Positions 9,194 through 19,500 of a stretch of DNA of 64,000 bases are shown here, piece by piece (the stretch's first letter is position 1; every line of letters begins with the position of its first letter). Under the pieces are notes generated by a model. The model was not told where the DNA came from, searched no databases, and saw only the letters and a program-made list of their open reading frames with translations. Where the stretch lies: positions 192,001-256,000 of the forward strand of contig CAWCFX010000003.1 of NCBI GenBank assembly GCA_963795085.1, read 5' to 3'. This DNA is from an uncultured Gemmatimonadales bacterium. GTDB taxonomy: Bacteria; Gemmatimonadota; Gemmatimonadetes; Gemmatimonadales; GWC2-71-9. The position numbers and the translations under genes were made by a program.

Positions 9194-10210
9194 CTACCAC
9201 CGGATGGCCCAGGGGAGTCTTTCGTAGAACCCAGCCGCCTGGAGCACGAAGCGCTGGTCCCGAGTCGAGTCCCGGATCAGCCGCTCGGCGCTGCCCGGCG
9301 ATACCAGTTCGACCTCCTGCAGCACCCGCGATGTCCAGTCCGCGAAGCTGGCGGTCAGCTCATCCGATCGGACCGGAGTTATCGGCTCCTCCTGAGAGGT
9401 GATGCTGGTCAGGATTGCAAACACCGGGTGCGCGGCCTGCACGGCCAGGCTGGCCCGTTCGCCCTTGCGGCGCCCTTCGGTGGGGAGCTCCGATTCCACC
9501 GCCAGGGAGATCCGGTTGAACAATTCGCGGTACACCCGGACCTGGGTGCCGGGTGCCTGGGGGGCGATCATCGCCGTCTCGGGGATCAGGCTGCCGGCGA
9601 TCGCCGGAGGAGACCCGTCGCTGCGGGCCGCGAAAAGCAATTCCATGTACTTCACCACCGAGCCGCCCGCCGGCCGGTCGCAGAGGTAGCCGCGCACGAA
9701 CCGGCCGCCCTCGAACTTGAGATAATTGACCCGTCCCTGGGAGATCAGCTCCAGGACGCCGGAATAGTTCTCCTCGGCCAGGACCGGGAAAATTTCTTCC
9801 GGCCGCCGGCTGTCCACGAAGCGCAACTCACCGGGAGCCGCACAGCCGGCATGCATCCAGTTGAGCTGTTCCTCCGACGCGGTCGCATAGCTGCACTCGC
9901 TGCGATCCGGATCGGACTTGAGCCGCCGAATGGCCTCGCCGACGGCGATCACGGAACGCCCGTGCGGACCGATCGTGGTGGCGCTGATCAACTCGCCTCC
10001 CCGGAAGTAGAGCAGGACGACCTCCTCGGGAAGGTACCCCGCGAAATAGCCATCCACGCGTCCGTCCCGGTCACGCTTGGCGAAGGAGAGAAGGTTATCG
10101 AGGTGGACGAAAATGGCCCGGGTACGGCTTACCAGAATGCCCGAAGCGGGGAAAGTAAGATCGGAGATTCGAACCGAGGTACGCAGGAGTCGGGCGCTGG
10201 TGGGGCGCAT
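9194..10210 (-). CDS. Hypothetical protein with two DUF4388/PATAN-like repeats
   Basis: Start set at MRPTSAR because the ORF-track extension crosses intergenic repeats and trxA; repeats LLYFRGGELISA and YLKFEGGRFVRG. Confidence 0.65.
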   Translation of the reverse strand: MRPTSARLLRTSVRISDLTFPASGILVSRTRAIFVHLDNLLSFAKRDRDGRVDGYFAGYLPEEVVLLYFRGGELISATTIGPHGRSVIAVGEAIRRLKSDPDRSECSYATASEEQLNWMHAGCAAPGELRFVDSRRPEEIFPVLAEENYSGVLELISQGRVNYLKFEGGRFVRGYLCDRPAGGSVVKYMELLFAARSDGSPPAIAGSLIPETAMIAPQAPGTQVRVYRELFNRISLAVESELPTEGRRKGERASLAVQAAHPVFAILTSITSQEEPITPVRSDELTASFADWTSRVLQEVELVSPGSAERLIRDSTRDQRFVLQAAGFYERLPWAIRW

Positions 10211-10240
10211 CGGTACCCCGGGTGGGAGACGGGCGGGCGA

Positions 10241-10274
10241 ACAGTGGGACAGTGGGACAGTGGGACAGTGGGAC
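10241..10274 (+). repeat. 8-bp tandem repeat (ACAGTGGG)x4.25
   Basis: Read directly: acagtggg acagtggg acagtggg acagtggg ac. Confidence 0.95.
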
Positions 10275-10311
10275 TCGTGTTGCCCACTGCCCCGCTTGCC
10301 CCGTGCCCCCT

Positions 10312-10647
10312 TTAGATGTGCTGCTGAACCTTGCTCTCCAGCGCGCTCTTGGGCACCGCACCAATCACCGTGTCCACGTGCTTGCCGCCCTTGAAGAAGA
10401 GCACCGCCGGAATCGAGCGGATATTGAACTTCATGGATGTCGCCTGGTTGGAATCCACGTCCAACTTGGCGACCTTGATCTTGCCGGCGTACTCCGACGC
10501 CAGTTGTTCCAGGACCGGCGCGATGATCTGGCAGGGCCCGCACCAGGTCGCCCAGAAATCAACCAGCACCAGGCCATTGGCCTGTTCCACGTCTGCCGTG
10601 AAGGTGGCGTCCGTCACCTGGACCGTCAGCGAATCTGTTGCACTCAT
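10312..10647 (-). CDS. trxA: Thioredoxin
   Basis: VDFWATWCGPC active site; 111 aa; RBS GGAG. Confidence 0.97.
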   Translation of the reverse strand: MSATDSLTVQVTDATFTADVEQANGLVLVDFWATWCGPCQIIAPVLEQLASEYAGKIKVAKLDVDSNQATSMKFNIRSIPAVLFFKGGKHVDTVIGAVPKSALESKVQQHI

Positions 10648-10753
10648 GGTGTTATGATCTCCAGTCCGGCACCCTGCCCTGGGGCTGGTTCGCCGATTAC
10701 TTTAGCCGCACGCCGCCGGTGGCGGCGCTGGTTTTGGTTTCGTGCCCGGAGGA

Positions 10754-11152
10754 ATGGTGCCCCAGACACCCCGAATTGCCCACATTGGCGTGGCGGTGGC
10801 AGACCTCGACACCGCCCTCGCGTTCTATCGTGACGTCCTCGGGCTGGTGCCTCACCCGCCGGAGACCGCCGATGGCGCCACGATTGTGTCCCTGCCCTTC
10901 GGTGAAGCCGAGGTCGAGCTGCTGACCCCGCACGACCCCGAAAGCCCTATCGCCCGCTTCCTGAACAAGCGCGGGCCCGGCATTCATCATATATGCTACC
11001 GGGTACCCGATCTCGATGCCGCGCTCGATCGTTGCCGGACCGCCGGCTACCAGCTGGTGGACCAGGTCCCCCGGCAGGGGGCGGGCGGACGGCGCATTGC
11101 GTTCATCCACCCCAAGTCGACCTCCGGCATCCTGCTCGAACTGACGGAATAA
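10754..11152 (+). CDS. mce: Methylmalonyl-CoA epimerase (VOC family)
   Basis: HIGVAV, VELL, GPGIHHICY, AFIHPKSTSGILLEL; RBS GGAGGA before ATG 10754. Confidence 0.92.
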   Translation: MVPQTPRIAHIGVAVADLDTALAFYRDVLGLVPHPPETADGATIVSLPFGEAEVELLTPHDPESPIARFLNKRGPGIHHICYRVPDLDAALDRCRTAGYQLVDQVPRQGAGGRRIAFIHPKSTSGILLELTE

Positions 11153-11182
11153 GAACCCGGGGGCCGCCCGCAGAGTTCCCCG

Positions 11183-11638
11183 CTACTGGTTCGGCCGGGC
11201 CGGCGCCGGGTTGCAGCCCCGGGCGGGCGAGCCGATTTTCTCGAGATCGAACTGGTAGACCACCCACTCCCCGCTCCCGGTCCGGGCCATGGTAAACGGC
11301 ACCACGTTGACGCAATTGCTCCGGCTCAATTCCACCTGGAGTACCCGCTGGTTCGCTGCCGGCCCGGCATCGCTGGCGAGGATCCGGTACCGGATCCCCC
11401 GCAGGTAGGCCTCGATGATGACCATCCGCCGCTGATAGTCGGGCGGATTGCCGGTCCGGGCCGCGGAGCCGCGCGGGCTGCCCCAGTGACTCGACATCGC
11501 CACGAAGTTGCTGTCGGCGACCGCCTGCATGAAACTCCGGAAGGCATCGTCCGGTTCCGGCATGGGTCCCGCCGGCCCGGGGGATCCGCCGCATGCGGTG
11601 AGCAACACGGCCAGCACTGCCACGCTTCGAGTGGTCAC
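11183..11638 (-). CDS. Hypothetical lipoprotein
   Basis: GTG start, hydrophobic stretch and lipobox LTAC. Confidence 0.65.
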   Translation of the reverse strand: MTTRSVAVLAVLLTACGGSPGPAGPMPEPDDAFRSFMQAVADSNFVAMSSHWGSPRGSAARTGNPPDYQRRMVIIEAYLRGIRYRILASDAGPAANQRVLQVELSRSNCVNVVPFTMARTGSGEWVVYQFDLEKIGSPARGCNPAPARPNQ

Positions 11639-11697
11639 GGCGGTTTCGTCCCGATAAGTTGTCCTGCGAAGTTTAACGGCCACCGGAGTCATGAGCA

Positions 11698-12420
11698 ATG
11701 ACCGCGACGACCCGTCTCTACATCAACATTGACCATGTGGCCACGGTCCGCGAAGCGCGCAAGACGGACGAGCCCGATCCGGTCGAAGCGGCCCGCCAGA
11801 GCGAGGCCGCGGGGGCCGATGGCATTACCGCTCACCTCCGGGAAGACCGCCGCCACATCCAGGACCGCGATGTCGAGGCCCTTGCCACCGCCATTACGAC
11901 GGTGTTCAACCTCGAACTGGCCGCCACCCGGAAAGTGGTGGACATCGCCTGCCGGCTGCGGCCCTTCCAGGCCACGCTGGTCCCCGAGCGGCGGGAGGAG
12001 ATCACCACCGAAGGCGGCCTCAACCTGGAAGTCCATGCGCCCCGCCTGCGGGAGGCCATCCAGCGTCTGGCCGATGCCGGATGCCGGGTCAGCCTCTTCA
12101 TCGACCCCGATCCGCTCGCCCTCGCCCGGGCCCGGGACCTCGGGGTACCGGCGGTCGAACTCCACACCGGCCACTATGCCCACACCTGGCAATCCGACGC
12201 CCGCGCCCTGGACCAGCTCGCCGAGGCCGCCCGGCTGGGCCGCGAGTTGGGGCTCGCCGTGCACGCCGGTCACGGCCTGACCTATCAGAACGTCCAGCCC
12301 GTCGCGCGCATCGCGGAGATCGAAGAGCTGAACATCGGCCACAGCGTGATCAGCCGGGCCATCTTCGACGGCATCGGCCCCGCCGTCCGCTCCATGGCCG
12401 GCCTGGTGAAGGGAACCTGA
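11698..12420 (+). CDS. pdxJ: Pyridoxine 5'-phosphate synthase
   Basis: NIDHVATVREAR, HLREDRRHIQ, TTEGGL, VELHTG, HAGHGL, ELNIGH. Confidence 0.97.
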   Translation: MTATTRLYINIDHVATVREARKTDEPDPVEAARQSEAAGADGITAHLREDRRHIQDRDVEALATAITTVFNLELAATRKVVDIACRLRPFQATLVPERREEITTEGGLNLEVHAPRLREAIQRLADAGCRVSLFIDPDPLALARARDLGVPAVELHTGHYAHTWQSDARALDQLAEAARLGRELGLAVHAGHGLTYQNVQPVARIAEIEELNIGHSVISRAIFDGIGPAVRSMAGLVKGT

Positions 12421-12532
12421 GCCTCCACCCGCTCACCTCAGCCTGTCGCTGTCACTTGTCCCCCGTCCCTCAAGTTCGTATCCTAGAGTCAGCACCCGGC
12501 ACCACCTCCCCAACACAACCCCTCGAGGCTGG

Positions 12533-14227
12533 ATGAGTTCTCCCATCGGCATGGCCGAGTACTTCGCGATGGAAGCGGGAGAGTACCTCGAACGGCTCGC
12601 AGCGCTCATCAGCCAGGACGGTGCTCCGCCTCCGGAAGAACTGGTGAGGTTTTCCCGGGCGCTCCGCGGCAGCGCCCTCATGGCCAACCAGCCGATCGTT
12701 GCCCGGGCCGCCGCCGGAATGGAAGCCGTGGCCAAGGCCTACCGGGAATCCCGCCGCCCCTGGGAGCCCCAGCTCCAGGAGCGGTGCCGCCGCGCCGTGG
12801 CCGATCTCAAGGGGCTGGTAAAGGCCGCTGGCAACTGGTCCGATGAAGACACCACCCGGGCCGATCGGCTCGCGCAGGAGCTGGAGTCATTGGGCGGAGT
12901 CGCCTCGCCCGCGGGGCCCCGCCCCACGCCGCCCCCCTCGGCCCCGCCGGGCACCGATGCCGGGGTCCGTGCCTTCGTGGCCCGGGAAGGTGCCCTGACC
13001 GCCAGCGCCCTGGACCGGGCGGCCCGCGCCCTCCGCACCACACCCGAGGCCCACGATCCCCTCTATGCCGTATTGCGGCGGCTGCAAAGCCTGCGTGGCC
13101 TGGCCGCCCTGACCGACCTGGCACCTCTTCCCGACATGCTGGAGAGCGTCGAGCGCGCCGTGGGCGAGCTCACCCGGATGTTCGCGCCCCCGCCCCAGGT
13201 GGCCGACGTGTTCGAGGCAGCGGCCCAGGCCCTGGCACGCGCTGCCCGCGATGTGGCCCAATCGGGACGGGCCGCACCGGACGCCGACGAAGCGCGGCGG
13301 TTTGCCCAGCTCCTGCTTCGGGCCTTCGCCACCGAGAACGATGTGGTCCCCATCGAATCCCTCTTCGCCGCGGGCGACCCGGGCGTTGTCCAGCGCGGGT
13401 CCTCGATCAAGGCCAGCCCGCTCACGGCCGTGGAATTGGTCAGCCACGGCGAGCGACTCTGCGAAGTAGCCGACCAGCTGGAACGCGCGGAAACGCCGAC
13501 CCTCCGCGATCTCCGCCTCTACGCCACCGTCGCCGCCCTCCGGCCGCTCGAGGTCGCCGTGGGCGAGCCGGTCCCGGCCTCCCTGGGCGCCTTTGCGGGC
13601 GCGGCGCGGGAACTGATCGCCCAGGGCGGGGTGGCCAGCAACCCGGAGGAATTCGCCGACTGCGTTCGCCAGGCGGGCGGCATTCTCCGGGGCATCACCG
13701 CGCCCTCGGCCCAGTCCCAGGCCGCGGACCTCATCGAGCAACTTTCGCAGCGCCTGCACAAGATGGGTGCACCGGTCTTCCGGCCGGTGTACCCCACCCC
13801 GGTGCCGCCGCTGGAACAGCCGCAGGCACCGGAACTCGAGCTGCCGGTAGTCCCCATCGAATCCCTGCTCGCCGACGAGCCGCCGGCAGCCCGGACGCCA
13901 CGGCCGGCGGAGCCACGGGACGAGCCCGGGCTGGCCGGAAGCTTCGCGACGCTGGCCCGGCTCCTCGCCGAACGCGGCATGGGTGCCCCATCGCTGCACG
14001 CGCTGCTGGCGGGACCGCCGCCACAGCCGTCCGCCGAAGACACCTGGGAGATGCCGGTGGTGGACATCGCTGAGCTGTGTTACCGCGGACAGCGGGCCCG
14101 GGACCGCGCCATGGAGGTGCGCCAGCAGGCCGAGGCCGTGATCAAGTCCCATGGCGAAATAGCCCGCATCCTTCCCCTGCTGGATGAACTGACCGATCTC
14201 GTGGCTCTCGCAGCCGAACCCGCCTGA
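12533..14227 (+). CDS. Protein with two degenerate Hpt-like helical bundles and a Pro-rich linker
   Basis: FAMEAGEYL...FSRALRGSALMA and LRRLQSLRGLAAL resemble the Hpt 'HxLKGS' motif but lack the His. Confidence 0.7.
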   Translation: MSSPIGMAEYFAMEAGEYLERLAALISQDGAPPPEELVRFSRALRGSALMANQPIVARAAAGMEAVAKAYRESRRPWEPQLQERCRRAVADLKGLVKAAGNWSDEDTTRADRLAQELESLGGVASPAGPRPTPPPSAPPGTDAGVRAFVAREGALTASALDRAARALRTTPEAHDPLYAVLRRLQSLRGLAALTDLAPLPDMLESVERAVGELTRMFAPPPQVADVFEAAAQALARAARDVAQSGRAAPDADEARRFAQLLLRAFATENDVVPIESLFAAGDPGVVQRGSSIKASPLTAVELVSHGERLCEVADQLERAETPTLRDLRLYATVAALRPLEVAVGEPVPASLGAFAGAARELIAQGGVASNPEEFADCVRQAGGILRGITAPSAQSQAADLIEQLSQRLHKMGAPVFRPVYPTPVPPLEQPQAPELELPVVPIESLLADEPPAARTPRPAEPRDEPGLAGSFATLARLLAERGMGAPSLHALLAGPPPQPSAEDTWEMPVVDIAELCYRGQRARDRAMEVRQQAEAVIKSHGEIARILPLLDELTDLVALAAEPA

Positions 14228-14241
14228 CCACCGCTCCACCA

Positions 14242-15261
14242 GTGTCGTCTCCCCCCACCCCCAGCCGCCGCTGGTGGCAGACCGCGCTCGCCGTCCTGAT
14301 CTCCGCCGGATTTCTCTACTGGGCGCTCAAGGGCATCCATTTCAGTGATGTGGTGGCTGAACTGAAGAAGGTCGCGGTGCTTCCCCTGGTTGCCTGCGTG
14401 ATGATCGCAACCAGCACCTTCGTCCTCCGGATTTTCCGCTGGCGGATCCTGCTCCGGGCCGACGATGGCCAGCCCCTTCCCGTGGCCCCGCTCTGGCACG
14501 CCATCGCCATCGGCTTCATGGCCAACAACGTGCTCCCGTTCCGGGCCGGCGAGGTGCTCCGCAGCATCGCCATCACCCGGCTCACCCGGACCCGACTGAC
14601 TTCGGCGCTCTCGTCCATCGCCGCGGAGCGGCTCTTCGACGGCGTGGCGCTGGTCCTGGTCCTGGTGTGCGGCCTGCTCTTATCCGGCCTGCCCAGCTCG
14701 ACGGAAATCGGCAACGTACGGGTCACCCACATCGCGGTCGTCGCGGGGATCACCTTCCTGGCCGGGCTGATCGTGGCCGGACTGGTGGTGGCCTTTCCGG
14801 CCCCCGCCGAACGGCTGGTCCTGAAGCTGGTGCCATTCCCGAAGGTGGCCAGCAAGCTGGTCGCCATGATCGAAGGCGTCGTCCACGGGCTCTCCGTAGT
14901 CCGCTCGCCCGGCCGCATCACGGCGGTCATGGCCTGGTCGCTGCTGATCTGGCTGGTCAATGTGAGTTCGTTCTACGTGGCGTTCAAGGCCTTCGATATC
15001 CCGGTCAACTTTGCCGGCGCCATGCTCATGCAAGGCATCCTGGCCTTCGCGATCTCGGCGCCTTCCGCTCCGGGCTTCGTGGGCGTTTTCGAGTCGGCCA
15101 TCAAGGCCACGCTGCTCCTGTACGGCATCGGCGAACAGGTGGCGGTCACCTACGCCCTGGTCTACCACGCGACGACCTTCGTGCCCATCACCCTGCTCGG
15201 GGCGTGGTCGCTGGTGAGTACCGGGTTGGGACTGAAAAACCTCAAGGCAGCGAACGCGTAA
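14242..15261 (+). CDS. Lysylphosphatidylglycerol synthase TM / flippase-like membrane protein (UPF0104)
   Basis: RWRILL, GFMANNVLPFRAGEVLR, ERLFD, PSAPGFVGVFE; multiple TM segments. Confidence 0.9.
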   Translation: MSSPPTPSRRWWQTALAVLISAGFLYWALKGIHFSDVVAELKKVAVLPLVACVMIATSTFVLRIFRWRILLRADDGQPLPVAPLWHAIAIGFMANNVLPFRAGEVLRSIAITRLTRTRLTSALSSIAAERLFDGVALVLVLVCGLLLSGLPSSTEIGNVRVTHIAVVAGITFLAGLIVAGLVVAFPAPAERLVLKLVPFPKVASKLVAMIEGVVHGLSVVRSPGRITAVMAWSLLIWLVNVSSFYVAFKAFDIPVNFAGAMLMQGILAFAISAPSAPGFVGVFESAIKATLLLYGIGEQVAVTYALVYHATTFVPITLLGAWSLVSTGLGLKNLKAANA

Positions 15262-15320
15262 CCAACTGCCCTTCGTCATTGAACAATGGCCAGGGCCCAT
15301 TTGTTACTGATCAAACGAGA

Positions 15321-16235
15321 ATGACTGATCCTCCTGCCCTGTCCTCCGGGCCAGCGCTCCACGTCGGCTCCCACGCCAAGGTCAACCTCTTTCTTCGCGT
15401 GCTGGCAAAGGAAGACAACGGCTTTCACGGGCTGGAGACCCTCTTCTGCCTGCTGGACCTGGCGGACGACATCACGGTGGAGCGACGCGACGGCCCTGAG
15501 GTCACCCTGGATTCCGGGGATGCCGACCTGGGCCCGGAGCAGGACAACCTGGCGGTCCGCGCCGCCCGGGCGATCCTTGACGCCACCGGCCGGCCCTTCG
15601 GCGTCCACCTCACCCTGAGCAAGCGGATCCCCGCCCAATCCGGGCTGGGTGGTGGCTCCAGCAATGCGGCCGCGGTCCTTACCGCGGTCAACCAGCTGGC
15701 CAACAACGCGGTCCCCCGCCATGAGCTGCTGCAGATGGCCGCCCGCATGGGCAGCGACATCCCATTCTTCCTGGGCGGAGGTGTCTGTGCGCTCGGCTGG
15801 GGCCATGGCGAGCGGCTGATGCGGCTTCCGCCGCTACCGGCGGCACCCGCACTGGTCCTGGTCCCGCCGGTCGGCGTCTCCACCGCCGACGCCTATCGCT
15901 GGGTGGACCAAGCCCGGGCCGCCGGCAGCCACCGGGGCGCCGTGGCTCTGGATCTCGAATCGCTCTCCAGTTGGGGGAGTATCGGCAGGATGGCGGGCAA
16001 CGAGTTCGAATCGGTGGTCTTCGGTAAGCATCCGCCGATCCGGGCGGCGTTCGAGGCACTGGCGGGCACCCACCCCCTGCTCTGCCGGATGAGCGGTTCC
16101 GGCTCTGCCGTTTTTGCGGTATACCGGAACCCCCGGGAGCGGGACGACGCGAAGATGATGTTGAGCCCCCGGCTCGGAACGGCGATTCCGACCGAGACCC
16201 TGGCCCGGGAGCCGGCGGGGCCCCGGGAGCCCTGA
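15321..16235 (+). CDS. ispE: 4-diphosphocytidyl-2-C-methyl-D-erythritol kinase
   Basis: AKVNLFL, KRIPAQSGLGGGSSNAA, GSDIPFF, MSGSGS; followed by tRNA-Gln as in the conserved arrangement. Confidence 0.95.
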   Translation: MTDPPALSSGPALHVGSHAKVNLFLRVLAKEDNGFHGLETLFCLLDLADDITVERRDGPEVTLDSGDADLGPEQDNLAVRAARAILDATGRPFGVHLTLSKRIPAQSGLGGGSSNAAAVLTAVNQLANNAVPRHELLQMAARMGSDIPFFLGGGVCALGWGHGERLMRLPPLPAAPALVLVPPVGVSTADAYRWVDQARAAGSHRGAVALDLESLSSWGSIGRMAGNEFESVVFGKHPPIRAAFEALAGTHPLLCRMSGSGSAVFAVYRNPRERDDAKMMLSPRLGTAIPTETLAREPAGPREP

Positions 16236-16286
16236 GCCGCCGGGATTCCTGCCTCCCAGCCTTCCCGCTAGTTTATCGGGCAGCGC

Positions 16287-16357
16287 TGGCCCTTCGTCCA
16301 ATGGCAGGACAGCAGACTTTGGATCTGCGAATGGTGGTTCGAATCCACCAGGGCCAA
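16287..16357 (+). tRNA. tRNA-Gln (anticodon TTG); CCA not encoded
   Basis: Acceptor stem TGGCCCT/AGGGCCA; anticodon arm GCAGA-CTTTGGA-TCTGC; T arm GGTGG-TTCGAAT-CCACC. Confidence 0.97.
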
Positions 16358-16492
16358 TGGAATGAATTGCGACAGGAGCTTCTGCGTTGCCCAGCCGGGG
16401 CCGGCCCGCGCTCCGCCCGGTCCGTCCCCGGAAAAACGTCGGAACCCTTTGACCAATCCGCAATGATCGATCGTCAATTCGTGCTCCCCATC

Positions 16493-16520
16493 TTGACGCC
16501 GCGCCGGGAAACTGTAAGGT
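16493..16520 (+). promoter_or_regulatory. Putative sigma70 promoter of the TonB-dependent receptor gene
   Basis: TTGACG-N16-TAAGGT in AT-richer intergenic DNA. Confidence 0.55.
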
Positions 16521-16588
16521 ATGGCGTCGCTCTGATCCTTCCCGTACCCAGCAGCAGGTCGTCCGCCCTCCAGCCCAGGAGCAGGATC

Positions 16589-19500
16589 GTGGCCACCCGT
16601 TCCCCGTCCGTCGCCGTTCGCCTGATACTCACCATTGCCGCCCTGGCCATCCTGGCCCTCCCCCAAACCCTCTCGGCGCAGGGCGTCACCACCTCGGCCA
16701 TGAGCGGGTTCGTGTTCGACCAGGACGGCAACCCGGTGGCCGACGCCAACGTCACCGCCACCCATCTCCCCACCGGAACCTCCTACCGGGCTGCCGTCCG
16801 CGCCGGGGGTGCCTACAACCTGCCCAACATGCGGGTGGGCGGTCCCTACCGGGTGGTGGCGTCATTTGTGGGGTTTCAACCGAAGACCGAGAGCGACGTA
16901 TTCCTGAACCTGGGGCAGAACCGGCGGCTCGATTTCCGGCTGGAGCGCCAGGTGGTCGAGCTGCAGGAACTGACCGTGGCAGGCCAGCGTGACCAGGTGC
17001 TCAACGCCGATCGGACCGGGGCCGCCACGTTCATCACACCCGAGCAGGTCGAGGCGCTCCCGTCCATCAAGCGGAGCACCCGGGATCTTACCAGGCTGGA
17101 CCCCCGGAGCGACGGAAATTTCAGCTTTGGCGGCCGCAACTGGCTCTATAACAACGTCTCCCTGGACGGGTCCTACTTCAACAACTCGTTCGGTCTCGAC
17201 GACCCGGCTCCCGGCGGCCAGGCCAACGCGGAGCCGGTGCCCTACGATGCCGTGGAACAGGTGCAAGTCTCCATCGCGCCGTTTGACATCCGGCAGGGCG
17301 GCTTCACCGGCGCCAACGTGAACACCGTGACCCGGAGCGGCTCCAATGCTTTCCGGATGTCGGTGTATGGCTTCGGGCGGAATGAGAAGCTGCTGGGCAA
17401 CAAGGTGAGCGGGCAGGAAGTGGTCGCCAATCCGGACCTCGGCTTCGTGCAGGCCGGTGCCAGTTTCAGCGGCGCCCTGATCCAGGACAAGCTGTTCTTC
17501 TACGTCAACGGCGAGATCGAACGCACCGACGACCCGGGCACCAACTTCGCGGCCTCGACGGGCAGCGCGGGCTTCGGCATCAGCCGGGTCCAGCGGGTCA
17601 TCATGGACTCTATCCGCAACCGGATGATCCAGGAATACAACTACGACCCGGGCGAGTACGAGGGGTATATCAACGAGACCGACAACAACAAGCTGCTGGT
17701 CAAGCTGGACTGGAACGTCAACGCGAACAACAACGCCACCCTCCGGTGGAACTACCTGGACGCCAGGCGGGAACAGGGCCCCCATCCGTTCGTGCTGAGC
17801 TTCAATAACACCGGGCGGGGTCCCAACGAAAGCAGCCTGCCGTTCCAGAAGTCGGGGTACACGATCAACAACAACCTCCATTCCTTCGCCTTCGAGTTGA
17901 ACAGCCGGGGGTCCCGGTTCGCCAACCGGTTCTTTGCCAGTTATAACCGGTTCCGCGACTTCCGGGAGCCCTTCAGCGAGGATTTCCCCACCGTCCAGAT
18001 CGGCGAAGGCGGCCTCACCTACACCACCCTGGGCTCGGAGCCGTTCTCAATTCACAACATCCTGGATCAGAACGTCCTCCAGCTGACCAATAACGTGAGC
18101 CTATACCGGGGCAACCACGCCTTCACGGTCGGCGCCAACTTCGAGAAGTTCTCCTTCTTCAATTCCTTCAACATCTTCCGGCACGGGGTGTTCTTCCTGC
18201 CGGCCGGCCTGTTCCCGGGGACCTCGACCTTTGCCACGCTGGACGATTTCTTCAACGCCACCGACCCGAGCAATCCCAACCAGATTGACTTTCGCAGCTT
18301 CATCGGGTCCGGCCTCTACAAGGGCGAAGACATCAGCGTCGGACAAGTCGGCTTCTATGCCCAGGACGAAATCGCTCTGACCCCGCGGTTCAACCTGACC
18401 GCCGGCGTCCGGGTGGATTTCCCCAAGTATTTCACCGAGCCGGTGGCCAACCCCTTCTCCACCGGCCTGGTGGCGCTGGATGAGAACCGGAACCCGGAAA
18501 CCGTGGACCAGGCCCGGCTGCCCGGCTCCGACCCGCTCTGGTCGCCCCGGCTGGGCTTCAACTGGAACGCGGTCGGCGAGCGCCGCACCCAGCTCCGCGG
18601 CGGCACCGGCATCTTCACCGGCCGGGTCCCCTTCGTCTGGGTTGGCAACGTGATCTCCAACCCCGGCGCCAATCCGAACCTGTTCCCCGCCGCAGCGCCG
18701 ATCCTGACCCAGGACAGCTCCACTCTCGCCCAGTCCTTCGACCTGAACGCCATGGACCCCGACTTCAAGTGGCCCCAGGTCTGGACCACGAACGTGGCGG
18801 TGGACCAGCAACTGCCCTGGAACATGCTGGGGACCCTCGAGTTCATCTACAGCAAGGACATCAACGCGGTCTTCATGCGGAACGCCGACCTGGTGGCACC
18901 GGTTGGGACCATCCCCGGGCCGGATGGACGTCCCTTCTACGGCGGCGCCGGCAACAACGAGCTCAATCCGGACGGCGGCGCCGGCATCTATGTCATCGAC
19001 AACAAGGACGAGGGCTACTCCGCCAACCTGACCGGCCAGTTGCGGAAACAGTTCGGCGCCAACCTGGACGTCATGCTGGCCTACTCTTACACCCAGGCCA
19101 GGAACAACCTCAAGTCCACCGAAATCGCCAGCGTCCTGTGGCAGAATCAGCCGGTTCAGGGCGATCCCAACAACCCGGAGCTGAGCTATTCCGAGTTCGG
19201 GCAGCGCCACCGCATTGTGGGCGGCGCCACCTGGGCGAAGAACTGGTCGGAGCACACCCGGACCTCGATCGGCATGTTCCTGGAAATCGGGGAGGGCAAC
19301 CGGTTCGCCGGCGCCGGCGGCAACCGCTACTCCTTCATCTATAGCGGCGACGTCAACGGCGATGGGGCCGGCGGCAATGACCTGATCTACATCCCGGCCA
19401 ACCAGGGCGAGATCCTGTTCGATCCCTACTCGCCGCCGGGCGGCGGCTCGGTGACGCCCCAGGAGCAGTGGGACCAGCTCGACGCCTTCATCGGCCAGGA

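Noticed and set aside
16449..16478. FNR-like box or inverted repeat (TTGAC...GTCAA) upstream of the TonB receptor promoter
   Set aside because: The spacing does not fit TTGAT-N4-ATCAA and the arms are imperfect, so it is too weak to call.
16301..16588. N-terminal extension of the TonB receptor ORF (similar extensions on ispE, prfA, sigma, thpR and smc)
   Set aside because: The extensions overlap the tRNA, promoters or neighbouring genes; downstream starts with an RBS, signal peptide or family N-terminus fit better.
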